A stretch of DNA of 64,000 nucleotides from Candidatus Multivoradales bacterium. GTDB taxonomy: Bacteria; Acidobacteriota; Thermoanaerobaculia; Multivoradales; JAHEKO01. Under the pieces are notes generated by a model. The model did no database searches and was not told the DNA's origin. It saw nothing but the letters and a program-made list of their open reading frames with translations. A program made the position numbers and the translations under genes. Positions 1 through 10,835 of the stretch are shown in pieces. Location of the stretch: the NCBI GenBank assembly GCA_965223855.1, contig CBDCXM010000008.1:672001-736000 (forward strand). Reading direction: 5' to 3'. The first letter of the stretch is position 1. Each line of letters begins with the position of its first letter.

Positions 1-2
1 AT

Positions 3-590
3 CCATCCGGCATCGAGGGTACGCCGTCGACCAGTCACTACGTGCTGCATCGAGACGCGACCTGGCCCCAGCGCGAGTTCGTCGTTCGTTCGCGCCGGCG
101 AATTTTCGATCTCTTCGACCTCGTCGACCTGGCCCAACTGACCGGCCAAGCTGTGGCCGAGACACCGTGGGGGCTCAAGATTGTCAAAGGGGCTACCAGG
201 AGCTCCATCCTCACTCTTCCGAGAAGTTCACTGCGATTCGAGCTGCAGTTGCCGCGACGATGCAAAGCCCGACTGCTCACGTCTCTCCGCTTTCACCCGG
301 TCTCCATGGGTTGGGGAAGCGACGGTGTGATCGCGCGCATCGCAGTGAGAGCCGAAGGCACAATCCCCCTGGCGAGGACAATTCGATTGGGCCCCGAAGA
401 GGCTCGACAGCTCACCCTCGGTCTCGAGGGATTCCAGGGTCGTCGAATCGAACTAACTCTCGAGGCCTTGAACGAAGACGGCATGAACGAGGTCGGGGAC
501 TGGCTTCTGTGGGAAGACCCAGCCATCGAGTCCGTCACCGACTGTGCAGAGCTTCCCCTTGCCAACCTCGCGCGTGAATCGCTCCACTGA
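3..590 (+). CDS. 3' part of a hypothetical protein, truncated by the window edge
   Basis: Frame is open from position 3 to the stop at 590; no family recognised. Confidence 0.5.
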   Translation, partial: PSGIEGTPSTSHYVLHRDATWPQREFVVRSRRRIFDLFDLVDLAQLTGQAVAETPWGLKIVKGATRSSILTLPRSSLRFELQLPRRCKARLLTSLRFHPVSMGWGSDGVIARIAVRAEGTIPLARTIRLGPEEARQLTLGLEGFQGRRIELTLEALNEDGMNEVGDWLLWEDPAIESVTDCAELPLANLARESLH

Positions 591-707
591 ACCGGTCCGG
601 CAGCCTCGGTCAGCTTGGTCCTGCTCAACCGAAGTTTGTCCGGTGGTCTCGCAGCTTCGACGCTGGCGCAGCCCGGAAGAGCGAGAACCGTGCTTCCCTT
701 GGAGGGC

Positions 708-734
708 GAGCTAGTGACGGTCGTCCTCGCGCGT
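708..734 (+). promoter_or_regulatory. Putative ECF-type promoter GAGCT-N17-CGCGT
   Basis: Matches the recurring motif; ~65 nt before ATG 799. Confidence 0.6.
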
Positions 735-798
735 TCTTCCGAGACCGTGGGTGCCAACTCACCCACGGTCGGCACCACGAAACGAGAGAGGAAAGGCG

Positions 799-2307
799 AT
801 GAAAAAACGACGAACCGAGGCCGGAAGACTCATCGCAGCGACATGCCTGCTGCTCGTTCACGGCCTCCACGCTTCACCGCCGAAGTCGGCGACCCTGGAA
901 TCGGAATCGTCGGGGACAGACTTCGAGGCTCCCATCGAGACCAGAGAGCAGGAACTGGGTAGCAACTTTGTCCAGATCGTCAACGACGCAGGGGCCAAGG
1001 GCGAGCAGATGGAGCTGCTGCGTGACACCTTCGACGCCGCCCTCCTGGAAGACGACTCCTTGGACCGGCTCAGGCAGGCCCTGACCTACATGCACGAGGA
1101 GTTCGCGCCCCTGAAGTTCCAGAATGCCGAGCTGGTCGAATGGAAGACTCCTTCTGGCGTCCAGAGAAAGCTTCACACGTTCGCGCTCGATGAGCGGAGG
1201 AAACAGTGGAAGAACATTCAAATGGACGTCAGCGACGAGGCCATCCCTCGGATCACCGGCATCAGCTTCGTCGCCGACGTGTCAGAGCCGGTCTACCTAC
1301 CCGCCGGTGACATCCGGCATGAGATCGAGTGGTTGGACACCTACGTGAACAAGCTGATTCGCGAGGACGACCTTTTCGGCAGCCTTGTCATCGTCGAAGA
1401 GGGGAAGGTGCTCTACGAGCGCTACTTCGGCTTCGAGGATGCTCGCCGTAGCCGCCCTATCAGCGAGGCCACGCGTTTCAACATGGCTTCTGGAGGGAAG
1501 ATGTTTGCAGGCGTGGCGATCGCTCAGCTTGTCGAGGAAGGCAAGCTGGAGTGGAGTGCTTCGGTCAGTCGATACATTCCGGGCGTCGCGGAGGATCTCC
1601 AAGTACGCCATCTGCTCAATCACTCCGCCGGTATCTCGAACTACTGGACGGAGGAGAATGAACAGCGAATGGCCTCTGCGACAGACCCTCAGCAGGAGTT
1701 TCTGGAACTCGCACTCGAAGCCGGAACAGACTTCGAACCCGGAACAGCAGTCCGCTACTCGAACTCGAACTTCATTCTGGCAGGCCATGTGGTCGAGGCA
1801 GCCAGCGGCCGAGACTACTTCGACTACGTCCGCTCGGAGATCCTGGAACCCTCGGGCATGACGCACACACTCCTCTCAGTCGAGGATGACTTCTCGCGAG
1901 ACGTTGCCGAGGCCCTGCGGGGGGAGCCGTTCAAGTGGGAGCGAATCGACTTCAATCCCCGGCCAACGTCTGCAGGTGGCTCGTACACAACGGGCCGAGA
2001 CATGGTCAGATTCTCTCAGGCGCTGACCAACGGCGCCCTCCTCTCGGGAGAAATGCTCGACGTCATTTCAACGAGCACGCTGGCCGGCGTGCCCGACGCC
2101 CTGGACGACTTCGGATACGGCTTTCAGCTCAGTACTCAGGGGCAAACCGACTTCTTCGGCCACGGCGGGCTCGCTCGTGGAGTCAACTTCGGCTTCGAGA
2201 TTGTCAGGGCCAGGGATCTCACGCTGGTCATGTTCTCGAACCAGGACAACGGAGCCTTCGACGATCTCAAGAAGAATGTCATGAAACTCATCTCCGGCTT
2301 CCGCTGA
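799..2307 (+). CDS. Secreted serine hydrolase (beta-lactamase class C/PBP-like)
   Basis: Signal peptide MKKRR...; SGGK, LLNHSAG, YSN and HGG motifs; purine-rich RBS before ATG 799. Confidence 0.85.
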   Translation: MKKRRTEAGRLIAATCLLLVHGLHASPPKSATLESESSGTDFEAPIETREQELGSNFVQIVNDAGAKGEQMELLRDTFDAALLEDDSLDRLRQALTYMHEEFAPLKFQNAELVEWKTPSGVQRKLHTFALDERRKQWKNIQMDVSDEAIPRITGISFVADVSEPVYLPAGDIRHEIEWLDTYVNKLIREDDLFGSLVIVEEGKVLYERYFGFEDARRSRPISEATRFNMASGGKMFAGVAIAQLVEEGKLEWSASVSRYIPGVAEDLQVRHLLNHSAGISNYWTEENEQRMASATDPQQEFLELALEAGTDFEPGTAVRYSNSNFILAGHVVEAASGRDYFDYVRSEILEPSGMTHTLLSVEDDFSRDVAEALRGEPFKWERIDFNPRPTSAGGSYTTGRDMVRFSQALTNGALLSGEMLDVISTSTLAGVPDALDDFGYGFQLSTQGQTDFFGHGGLARGVNFGFEIVRARDLTLVMFSNQDNGAFDDLKKNVMKLISGFR

Positions 2308-2410
2308 TAGCTGCCCTACGCGACTTTAGAGGCGCGGAGACAGCTCAACCTCTCGAAGTCTCGGATCGACGGACAACAAGCTCAGCGCTTCGGCAGGTGG
2401 TGTGAGCAGG

Positions 2411-3839
2411 TCAGAAGGGCTGAGAGCAGAGTGCCTTTGGCCTTCGAATCCCGCAGGTGGTCAACGGCACATGCTCGTAGGCAAGGATCGCCTCGAGAGC
2501 AGGGTCGCGATTGTGTTTGTAGTCAGAGAAGCTCAGGGGCGTCAACAAGTCGGGCGTCGTTGCGTCCCGGTCTTCGAACGGCTCGGGTAGAGAGTTCTGC
2601 CAGTACATGGTCGATGTGTGCACCGCCAGCCGGCTATGAGGCAATCGTGACCCCCGATTGTCAGCAAAGTGGTTCGGACTACCGCCCGTCTGCTCACCAA
2701 CGAAAACGGCGTTCGTCCAGGTCTCGAGGAGGGTGACGAGATGACTGCCCGCCGAGAACGTCCGGCGACCGATGATCACGAAAAGTCTCCCCGGCCGATC
2801 CAGGAGGGGGTCTGAGAGGATGCCCCGAACGAGATCCTTGTTCAGAGTGTTGTCGCCGCCTCCGTGTAGCCTGAGGTCGATGACCAATCGAGCGTCGAGA
2901 CGATCGACGTCTCGAAGGACTCTGGCGAAGAAATTGCTCATGGACTCTCGCTCGTGATTCTCGTTTCGAGTGATCTGGGTGTAGACAATGTTGGAGTCCT
3001 CGAGATACGCCGACCAATAGTGCTTCGGCGCCTTGCGAAACCAGAGGCTCGGCGGGTGCCTGAGCCATAGCGGTGCTGGGGCATTCTCGTCCCTCGCGGT
3101 GAGGAAGCCGACTGCGGTTGCTGCAAGCTCGTGGTCGAAACGGAGATCTGCCATGCTCGGGAGAGCCTCCGTTGCCACAGACTGGAAACGAACGTCTGTC
3201 GACACTGCCCCAGCCGGACCGGCGAGAGTCAACGTAGCTTCGTCGGAACGTGCTGTGATCCCGAGAGCAAACAGCACCTCAGCTGTGGTCATCAGACGAG
3301 GGACGGTATCGAGCAAGGTCGCAGCGTTGTCCCTCGGAGCGATCTCACTCACACGGCGGAAGACCTCCTCGACGTCAGTCCCATCGATCTCGAGAACTCG
3401 TCTGCCGAGCGCCTCCGCCTGCTCCCGGGCCACTCCGATCACGTACCAACCATCAGAGAACCGATAGATCGCTACAGGGAAGCGGCTGAACCCAGTGTGT
3501 CCGTTGACGATCCCGGGATAGAGCCAGAGCGCGGTGTGGCCGTCGCCAAGAAGCGCCATGAGGCGGGCCAGCTCCACGACCACTTCGTTATCCGAGAGGG
3601 AGGGAATCCTCCGGTCCAAGTCCCTCACCGCATCGTCGAAATCCTCCTCGGTGATCGTGTGGAACGGGTCGATGTGCCGCTCCAGGACCTTCTCACGCAG
3701 AGGCTGCCAGGTCCTCCCGCCACTGATCGGGCGAAAGCCGAATCTGGCCGCAAAGCGAACCGGGAAAAATCGAAAGAAGCACGGCGGCAACCAGGATCGG
3801 GCCTGTCCGCAGCCTCAGCAAACTCAACGGTGTTGGCAT
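2411..3839 (-). pseudogene. S41-family peptidase-like gene with a frameshift near 3705
   Basis: Signal peptide plus QWREDL in one frame (3839-3693); LGDGHT, DLRLHGGG, TFSAGS and GEQTGG in the 2411-3790 frame. Confidence 0.7.
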
Positions 3840-3906
3840 CTCTGGAGTCTCCTCGAACTCTGACTCGCCGGTATCGACGCTGGTCGGGCGACGGGCTCTG
3901 AGTGGA

Positions 3907-3934
3907 ACGCGGACCCAACAGGTGGAAGTGCTCA
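3907..3934 (-). promoter_or_regulatory. Putative promoter TGAGCA-N17-CGCGT
   Basis: Motif match ~68 nt before ATG 3839. Confidence 0.6.
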
Positions 3935-4127
3935 GGCCACCTCGCTTCTCTCGAATCAAAGAGCAAATGCGATAGGGCTTGGGCACTTCCCTTGGACCCG
4001 ACACTCACACTCTCCGAAGGACGGCACCGGAGGGGCTCGGAATGCACGCCAGCTTGTGTCGCTCGAGCTGCTCGTCTTCTCACCATGTCTGGGCTCCGAT
4101 GAGGTATCGCGACTCCCCACCTGCTCG

Positions 4128-5270
4128 CTACTTGCCAAGTACATCGAGAACGTCTCGCGCCACTACCGCGCTCCATGCGCGTCCATCGTGCTCCGCAGCG
4201 TTGGAAAGCACGATCACCACATCGCCATCCGCGTGGACCAGGAACGCACTGTTGTGGCCTAGCCAGCCGTCGTCTCCGTTGTGACGTAGTGAGAGCACTC
4301 GGTTCTCGGTGTCGGTGGCGATGCCCAGACCGTAGCCGTACCAGAGACCTCCATCCGCCCTTTGACGCACCCTCGTTCGGGGCCTCTGGATGACTCCCAG
4401 CGGGTCGTCGCTTTCGGCGCTCAGTAGCGCGAGAGCCCACGCAAACAGGTCGGCCGTCGAGGAGTACAGCCCCGTTGCACCGCGATACCCCCAGTTCGCA
4501 CGACTCTTCCCATCTCCGTAGATCGTCCGCCGAACTCTCGGTGCTCGCGGCGACTTGATCGGCGCTATCGATCCGGCCGTCTCGTGCCCCCAGAGTCCGG
4601 TGGCGTCGAGAGATCTGGGCGAGAGCACCTTGCGGACGAGCAACTCATCAAAGCTGGTCCCGGTTGCTTCCTCGATCGCGATCGCAAGAAGGTTGTAGCC
4701 GTCGTTGGAGTACCGATATTCCTGTCCAGGTTCGGCTCGCAGCCTTCGCTTCAGGATCGCGCGCGCAGCTTCCGTCCGACTGGTCAAGCCATCGGCTGCA
4801 TAGTTGTGACCGAGACCCGACGTGTGCGTCAAGAGCTGCTCGATCGTGATGCCTCTCTTTTTCGCCGGAACCTCCTGGAGGTACTCGGCGATCGTGCCTC
4901 CGAGATCCAATGCACCCTCTGCAGCAAGGGTGGCGGCCAGAGCTGCCGAAAACTGCTTCGAGGTCGAGCCGATCCAGTACCTCCGCTCTTTCTGGCCCTG
5001 CGGCAAGGGTACGTCTCCAACGGTCTCCTGCAGGATGATCGCGCCTGCCCTCGCAACGAGTACGTCGCCTCTGAAGCCCTCGCTCGCTCTCACACCGAGT
5101 ACCACGTTCAGGGCTCCTTCCAGGTTCGGCTCGGAGGGCAGAGGGCTCGCCTGCGCCCGGGACAGGGAGCCGTGGAGTTCCCCCACCAAGAGAAGTGCCG
5201 CAACGCCGACCAGCGGCAATGCGAGCGAAGGTCTCCACAGCCCAATCCGTCCTTTGTTGTCTCTCTTCAT
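4128..5270 (-). CDS. Secreted serine hydrolase (beta-lactamase-like)
   Basis: STSK, LLTHTSGL, YSN and HNG motifs; N-terminal hydrophobic signal. Confidence 0.85.
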   Translation of the reverse strand: MKRDNKGRIGLWRPSLALPLVGVAALLLVGELHGSLSRAQASPLPSEPNLEGALNVVLGVRASEGFRGDVLVARAGAIILQETVGDVPLPQGQKERRYWIGSTSKQFSAALAATLAAEGALDLGGTIAEYLQEVPAKKRGITIEQLLTHTSGLGHNYAADGLTSRTEAARAILKRRLRAEPGQEYRYSNDGYNLLAIAIEEATGTSFDELLVRKVLSPRSLDATGLWGHETAGSIAPIKSPRAPRVRRTIYGDGKSRANWGYRGATGLYSSTADLFAWALALLSAESDDPLGVIQRPRTRVRQRADGGLWYGYGLGIATDTENRVLSLRHNGDDGWLGHNSAFLVHADGDVVIVLSNAAEHDGRAWSAVVARDVLDVLGK

Positions 5271-5410
5271 CCATGACTCCGTCAAGGTTCGCTCTGTCTC
5301 TCTGACTCGCCCCGGAGCCATCTATTCCGGAAACGGGTCTTCGTCTGGTGTCCACCTGGGTCCAATCGCGTAACAACTTGAGCGGTCTTCAAGCTGTCGC
5401 ATCACTAGGA

Positions 5411-5437
5411 ACGCGCGGCGTGTCGGGAGGGATGCTC
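5411..5437 (-). promoter_or_regulatory. Putative promoter GAGCA-N17-CGCGT
   Basis: Motif match oriented toward the 4128-5270 gene. Confidence 0.55.
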
Positions 5438-5579
5438 GGTCGAGTGGTCTGAGCCGACGTCCGGAACTGTTGGAGGTGATCCGGAAGGAGCCTCGATCTG
5501 CGCGTACTCGAAGACCCGGCCCGTCGCAACCACTTCGAGACTTGATCACGAGCGACCCACACCAACGAAGGAGGCACCT

Positions 5580-6812
5580 TTGCGCACCACGACAACTCGC
5601 TACGAGAGGAACATTCTCCTCGCTGTCACTGCTCTGACGGCGATGTTCATGGTCGGCACCATGCTCGAGGCTGATGCTGTTGCGCGCCTTGACCGCACAA
5701 CGCCAACCCTCCATCAGGTGGAGCAGTTGATGAAGTTCTTCGACGAAATGGAAGTCGGGGCGCTCGGCAGCCAGCTTGCCCCGACCTTCACCTACGTGGA
5801 CATCGGGCGGGACGACCGGCGAGATCGGGCGGGATTCCTCGCCATGCTTCAGGAGCTCGCCCGAGAGCCTGAGAAGCCTTCTCTGGACGTTCAGTGGATC
5901 GGCAGGGGGCCTGGCCATGCGGACGTGCGGGGTTCCTGGACCGGCCCAGGGGGCTCATCCCCACAGCCGAAGCGCCTGCATTTCGCGATCGAGCTGGACT
6001 TTGACGCAGAGGGGCTTGTGACCTCGTGGGTCGACGAGTTCCGTCCCTGGGAGATCAGGAAGCCAACCCGCGGCGACCAGGACCTCGAGACCGAGCACTT
6101 TCGTGTCGGCTTCTTCTCCGAGGAACTCTCCGCACACCACGCCCGTCAGCTGGGTGAAACGCTCGAGAGGTACTACCAGGAGACGGCGCTCTTCCTCGGC
6201 CAAGGGATGCGGCAGGGCCGGCGCTTGAGCATCAGCGTAGCTGGTTGCTTTCGCTCGCCATACGCCAGCGCGCCTGGGCCGGACGCCTTCATCCTCGTCC
6301 CTGCCTCCATGGCGCAGCAGGAGTACGGCTTCTCCATCGTGCACGAGCTGACCCACAACATCCTGGGGCGGAGCAACCTGTCCGAGACTCTGCGGACGTG
6401 GAATGACAGATCGCTGCGGTCGGGCAACCGACTCTTGGACGAAGGGGTTGCAGTCGCCGTGGAAGAACTCCTGGCGCCGTCCCCGCTCATGTTCCCCAAC
6501 TTCGGCACGGAAACCCATCAAGCCTACTGCGAGGAACGGTCTCGGCTCGGCTTGGTCGACGAGCATTGGGAAGTGCTGGAGGCCGAGTACTATCGTAGCG
6601 ACCCTTCCTTGGAAGGTGCCTACAGGAGGCTGGCCTACCTTCATCAAGGGTCGTTCGCGAAGTACCTGCTCGAACTCCATGGAGTGGAAAAGCTCATTCA
6701 GGCCTTCGGCGCCGACCTGAGCGACTTCCCGGTGATCTTTGGCTCGGATCTGAAGCAACTGCAGGAAGACTGGCAAGCCCAATCTTGCAAGCCGCCAGCC
6801 GAGTCGATGTGA
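5580..6812 (+). CDS. Secreted protein with NTF2/SnoaL-like N-domain and gluzincin metallopeptidase domain
   Basis: AAGGAGG RBS before TTG; signal peptide; HELTH...DEG zinc motif; NTF2-like call is by eye only. Confidence 0.7.
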   Translation: MRTTTTRYERNILLAVTALTAMFMVGTMLEADAVARLDRTTPTLHQVEQLMKFFDEMEVGALGSQLAPTFTYVDIGRDDRRDRAGFLAMLQELAREPEKPSLDVQWIGRGPGHADVRGSWTGPGGSSPQPKRLHFAIELDFDAEGLVTSWVDEFRPWEIRKPTRGDQDLETEHFRVGFFSEELSAHHARQLGETLERYYQETALFLGQGMRQGRRLSISVAGCFRSPYASAPGPDAFILVPASMAQQEYGFSIVHELTHNILGRSNLSETLRTWNDRSLRSGNRLLDEGVAVAVEELLAPSPLMFPNFGTETHQAYCEERSRLGLVDEHWEVLEAEYYRSDPSLEGAYRRLAYLHQGSFAKYLLELHGVEKLIQAFGADLSDFPVIFGSDLKQLQEDWQAQSCKPPAESM

Positions 6813-6987
6813 GTCGACCAGCGATCGAGAGAATGGCCCGGACTTGTGAGACATCCCGCACAGCCGAGAGCACGGCAAAGGCCTCCTCCGCCAGGCCACC
6901 TCGCCCGACAGGAGTCTCAAGAGACGCGCCTTCAGTCGCGAGAGAGTCAGGGCCGTTCGCGTTCCGCGAACGGGGACTTCTGGAGGA

Positions 6988-8559
6988 TCACTCCGCTCTG
7001 ACCCGGCTGTCGAGAGTCCTACACTTTCCCCTCCACCGAGTGCGACCTGGCAAGGTGCCACGAATGAAGAGAGAGGTGAAGTAGAGAACGAACCAACACG
7101 TACTCGCAAGGAGTACCTTCACGGGCCCGAGCACATCGGACACTGCTGGAAGTAGGAAGCAGCAAGGGGCGAGGAGAAAGATGGCCTCGAGACTCGGCAG
7201 GTCGAGGCCTCCATGAGACCGCAGGAATCGATCCGACAGCAACCAGAAGCCGAAAGTGGCCAGCAAATGAACCAACGCGAAATCCTCGGCGCTGAGACTC
7301 GGGTTTATCTGTCTCAGGAAGACCAGCCCGAGGACGGTTGCGACCGCGTAGAGGACAGCAGAAGTCGCGCCCAGCCAGCGAAGCTCCAAGACGTACAAGA
7401 GACCATTGCAGGTCGAGGCGCCGAGGTAGGGCCCAAGAGAGAGTAGAAGGGTCGTTGCGATGGGGAAGACCCGGTCGAACTCGCCACCCAGGATCCAACT
7501 AATGAGCACTCTTCCACATGCGAACCATGCAAGCATCGCTATCGCTGCAGCAGCGATGCCCACCAACAACACGACAGCGCCCCAGTCTTTCACCCTGTCA
7601 AGCCGCCCCGTTTCCGCAAGTTCAGCCAGGGCGGGAAGCCATGCCCTCCGGACGGCCATCGCTACCCCGCGCGCCACTTGAAGGCCCTGGAGCCCGATGG
7701 CCAGGTGGCCGACCGACTCGAGGTCCGTCCAGAAAGACAGCAGCAGCATTCCTACGTTGGACTGGGTCAGTAGAGCCAGGTTGGTCAAGTACGAGGTTGT
7801 TGCGAACCTCCAATGCTCGGATCCCAGCCTCGCCGACCACTTCGGTCGGAGATCCGACGCCCGCACCACTGTGCCAACAGCGGCCACCAGAAGGAGAAGT
7901 TGCACGGAGGAGAGGGTGAACAGGATCTCCGGAAGCATCGCACCTCGCCTGACGACGATGAGCGCGGCCAGGGGAAGGGCGCACACCCTAAGGAGCTCCA
8001 GCCAGATCGAGATGGCTGGCCTCTGAATTGGGATGAGGAGGCTACGGGTACTCTCGAAAGCGAGCTTGAGGGTGCCAAAGCAGCCCGCTGCCAAGATGAG
8101 GGACCACGAGCCCGTTGCCGCGAACCTGACGGTCACAAGGGCGAGTACCAAGCATCCGCCAACTAACGACAGGGCCAGGCGCGTCGCCCACAGGCCGGAC
8201 CCGAGCGCCGCGGCCTCACCTGCCCTACCAAGCGAGATTGCGGTGGCGAGAAAACGCAGCTCGACCTGCTGTAGGCCCAGGCTGCAGAGAGTCTGCGCCA
8301 GCCCGACCATCGCCAGGACGAGAGCGAACTCGCCATAAGCAAGGGGGCCGAGCTCTCTGGCAAGAACCAGCGACAGGAAGATGCCCATCACAGAGGACAG
8401 CAACTGCCCGCCGCCGAGAGTCAGCGCGTTTCCTACAGCTCGATGACCGGCCGTGCTCGCAGGGTCGGGCTGTCGAGCGTCTAGCCCCGCCAAGAGCCCA
8501 CGCTGCGGCGGCGGCCGGAAGATGCGCCGGGGGGAGTTGTCGCGGCCTCCTTCATCCAT
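6988..8559 (-). CDS. Oligosaccharide flippase (Wzx-like); start uncertain
   Basis: LARELGPLAYGEF motif and many TM segments in a glycosyltransferase cluster. Confidence 0.8.
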   Translation of the reverse strand: MDEGGRDNSPRRIFRPPPQRGLLAGLDARQPDPASTAGHRAVGNALTLGGGQLLSSVMGIFLSLVLARELGPLAYGEFALVLAMVGLAQTLCSLGLQQVELRFLATAISLGRAGEAAALGSGLWATRLALSLVGGCLVLALVTVRFAATGSWSLILAAGCFGTLKLAFESTRSLLIPIQRPAISIWLELLRVCALPLAALIVVRRGAMLPEILFTLSSVQLLLLVAAVGTVVRASDLRPKWSARLGSEHWRFATTSYLTNLALLTQSNVGMLLLSFWTDLESVGHLAIGLQGLQVARGVAMAVRRAWLPALAELAETGRLDRVKDWGAVVLLVGIAAAAIAMLAWFACGRVLISWILGGEFDRVFPIATTLLLSLGPYLGASTCNGLLYVLELRWLGATSAVLYAVATVLGLVFLRQINPSLSAEDFALVHLLATFGFWLLSDRFLRSHGGLDLPSLEAIFLLAPCCFLLPAVSDVLGPVKVLLASTCWFVLYFTSLFIRGTLPGRTRWRGKCRTLDSRVRAE

Positions 8560-8623
8560 CCTTTTGGCGGAACGGTCAATAGAGACGCCACAGCTCCCCG
8601 CCCGTCGACTATGACGAAGAAGC

Positions 8624-9631
8624 TCACCTTTCCCGGCCAGAGGCGGCCAGATCCTCGGAGATCGGGAGCCCTTCGCCTGAACGCGAGGCCAACGACCTGC
8701 GATCGCGATAGAGAAGCTCTTCCAAGTAGAGGCGGTGACGGTTCATCATGTCCCCGAGGATGCCGATCTGCGCCACGCCTAGCGCGCAAAGAGCGGCCAG
8801 GCCCGAGAAGGCGCCCAACCACTTGTGGGGGCTGAATGAGCCGGTGTTGACGTAGTGGAGCAGCAGGACCGACCCCGCGAAAAGACTCACACCGGCGAGA
8901 ATTGCGGAGAGTCCCAGAAAGAACTTGAGGGGGCGGTAGTCCCGATAGCTTCGGAGGATGATCCTGAGCGTCTGACTGGCGTAGTTGGTAAGACTCCTCG
9001 CTACGCGACTCCGGCCGTATTCGCGCTGACCGCGAATCGGGATCGCGATCTCGATCATTCGCAGCCTTTGAGCGCTCAAGCAAAGAATCGCCTCCTGGGT
9101 ATAGGTGAACTCGCCGAGCAGGTACAACCGCCAGAGGGCTTGCGGCCCGTAGCACCTCATGCCGCAGGAGACGTCGAACATCCTCTGTCCGATGATCTGC
9201 GAGACCAGCCAGCTCATCACCCTGTTCCCCAGGCGCTTCGTCCAAGGCACCTCCGAGGCAGAGGATGGTGGCTTGAAGCGAGAAGCGGTGGCGAAGTCGG
9301 CTCTGCCGGTCAACACCGGCTTGACCAGCCGAGGCAGATGCGATGGATCGAACTGTCCATCGCCGTCGAGCGTCACCAGGACATCGGTGCCGCTGTCCAC
9401 CGCAAAGCGCAGGGCGGTGTGGAAAGCACCTCCGACACCCGTCGTCCTGCTGTGCGAGATGACCGTTGCGCCGGCGCTTCGCGCAACGTCGGCGGTGTCA
9501 TCGGTGCTGCCGTCGTCAACGACCACAACCTCGGCAACCGGAACGCCCAAGATCTTCCTGGGCAGCGAGCTGATGACCTCCCCGATTGTGCGTTGCTCGT
9601 TCAACGCAGGAATCGCCGCTATTAGGCGCAT
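8624..9631 (-). CDS. Glycosyltransferase family 2 (DPM1-like) with C-terminal TM helices
   Basis: IPALNE, VVDDGSTD, DGDGQ motifs. Confidence 0.9.
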   Translation of the reverse strand: MRLIAAIPALNEQRTIGEVISSLPRKILGVPVAEVVVVDDGSTDDTADVARSAGATVISHSRTTGVGGAFHTALRFAVDSGTDVLVTLDGDGQFDPSHLPRLVKPVLTGRADFATASRFKPPSSASEVPWTKRLGNRVMSWLVSQIIGQRMFDVSCGMRCYGPQALWRLYLLGEFTYTQEAILCLSAQRLRMIEIAIPIRGQREYGRSRVARSLTNYASQTLRIILRSYRDYRPLKFFLGLSAILAGVSLFAGSVLLLHYVNTGSFSPHKWLGAFSGLAALCALGVAQIGILGDMMNRHRLYLEELLYRDRRSLASRSGEGLPISEDLAASGRER

Positions 9632-9739
9632 GAAACCTCCAGCCCTGCGGGGCTGCTGGGTCCCGGGGTGCGAGAGCCGAAAGCGCACCCCCGAAACTCC
9701 GGGCACTGCCAAAGTTCCTGCATCGCCACCCTATGGAGG

Positions 9740-9767
9740 CCGCGCAAAGCGGGTCGGTTGAATCTCA
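9740..9767 (-). promoter_or_regulatory. Putative promoter TGAGAT-N17-CGCGG
   Basis: Motif match facing the GT2 gene; one of a divergent pair. Confidence 0.55.
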
Positions 9768-9801
9768 GCGCCCCGTGGGACCCGCAGACTCGAACAGATG
9801 C

Positions 9802-9829
9802 TGAGCCGGTCGGCACGGCAAAACCGCGA
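9802..9829 (+). promoter_or_regulatory. Putative promoter TGAGCC-N17-CGCGA
   Basis: Motif match 50 nt before the sulfotransferase start. Confidence 0.55.
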
Positions 9830-9878
9830 CCTTCCGTGAGAGCAGCGCAGACGTCTAGCGCCAGACAATCGAAATGCC

Positions 9879-10835
9879 GTGGTAGGACGACGTCCCAACT
9901 TCTTTCTGGTCGGCGCGATCAAGTCCGGGACGACCTCGATGCACCGATTCCTGGGCCGGCACCCCGACATCTACATGTCACCCCGGAAGGAACCCACCTT
10001 CTTCGGCTCGGACCTCAGCGCCCGAGGGTTCGTTCGAGACGAAAGAGAGTACCTTCGTCTGTTCGAAGGAGCGACTTGCGAGAAGGTGGTCGGCGAGGCG
10101 TCCCCCTGGTACCTGTTCTCACGGCGAGCAGCCTACGAGATTCGGCAGTTCGAGCCGGCCGCCAGGATCCTGATCCTGCTGCGGAACCCCGTCGACGTCA
10201 TGTACGCCGCTCACGGTCAGCAGGTCTACAACCTCAACGAGCCGCTAGCCTGCTTCAGAGCAGCGCTAGCCGCCGAGCGCACGCGGAAGGCCCTACTTGG
10301 CTCTCCTTCCGACAGCAGCTACCTCCCCGAGGGGCTGCTGTACCGCGAGGTTGTTCACTTCTCCGAGCAAGTAGCTCGCTACTTCGATGCATTCTCGAGG
10401 AGCCAGGTCTTGGTCGTCCGCTTCGACGAAGTCGTCAGCACCCCGGAGCCGACTCTCCGCAGGGTTCTGCGTTTCCTCGACGTGGACTCGCAACATGCTC
10501 GAACGAGCTTTCCGGTCGCGAACGCTCGCAAGCGACTGAGGAGCCCGTGGCTTCAACGCCAGTTGAACAACCCTCCGCCCGGGTTGGCCAGCACCCTCAG
10601 ACAACTGCTCAGCCGACGCCTGAGAAGAGGACTCGCCGGCCTGCTGAGATGGCTGAACACTCGAGCCGGTCGTCCGCCTCTGGAAACTCCTACCCGACAC
10701 GAACTGCTTCGAGAGTTCTCTGCCGAGATCGACAGACTCGCATCGCTGACCGGCATAGATCTTGGAGATTGGGGCCATGAGTCCATGCACCGCCCCTCGA
10801 CAGGCTCCGCGGGACGCGGAACGGGTTCGGTTTGA
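9879..10835 (+). CDS. PAPS-dependent sulfotransferase
   Basis: GAIKSGTTS 5'-PSB loop, KEPTFF, GEASPWY, LLRNPVD. Confidence 0.9.
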   Translation: MVGRRPNFFLVGAIKSGTTSMHRFLGRHPDIYMSPRKEPTFFGSDLSARGFVRDEREYLRLFEGATCEKVVGEASPWYLFSRRAAYEIRQFEPAARILILLRNPVDVMYAAHGQQVYNLNEPLACFRAALAAERTRKALLGSPSDSSYLPEGLLYREVVHFSEQVARYFDAFSRSQVLVVRFDEVVSTPEPTLRRVLRFLDVDSQHARTSFPVANARKRLRSPWLQRQLNNPPPGLASTLRQLLSRRLRRGLAGLLRWLNTRAGRPPLETPTRHELLREFSAEIDRLASLTGIDLGDWGHESMHRPSTGSAGRGTGSV

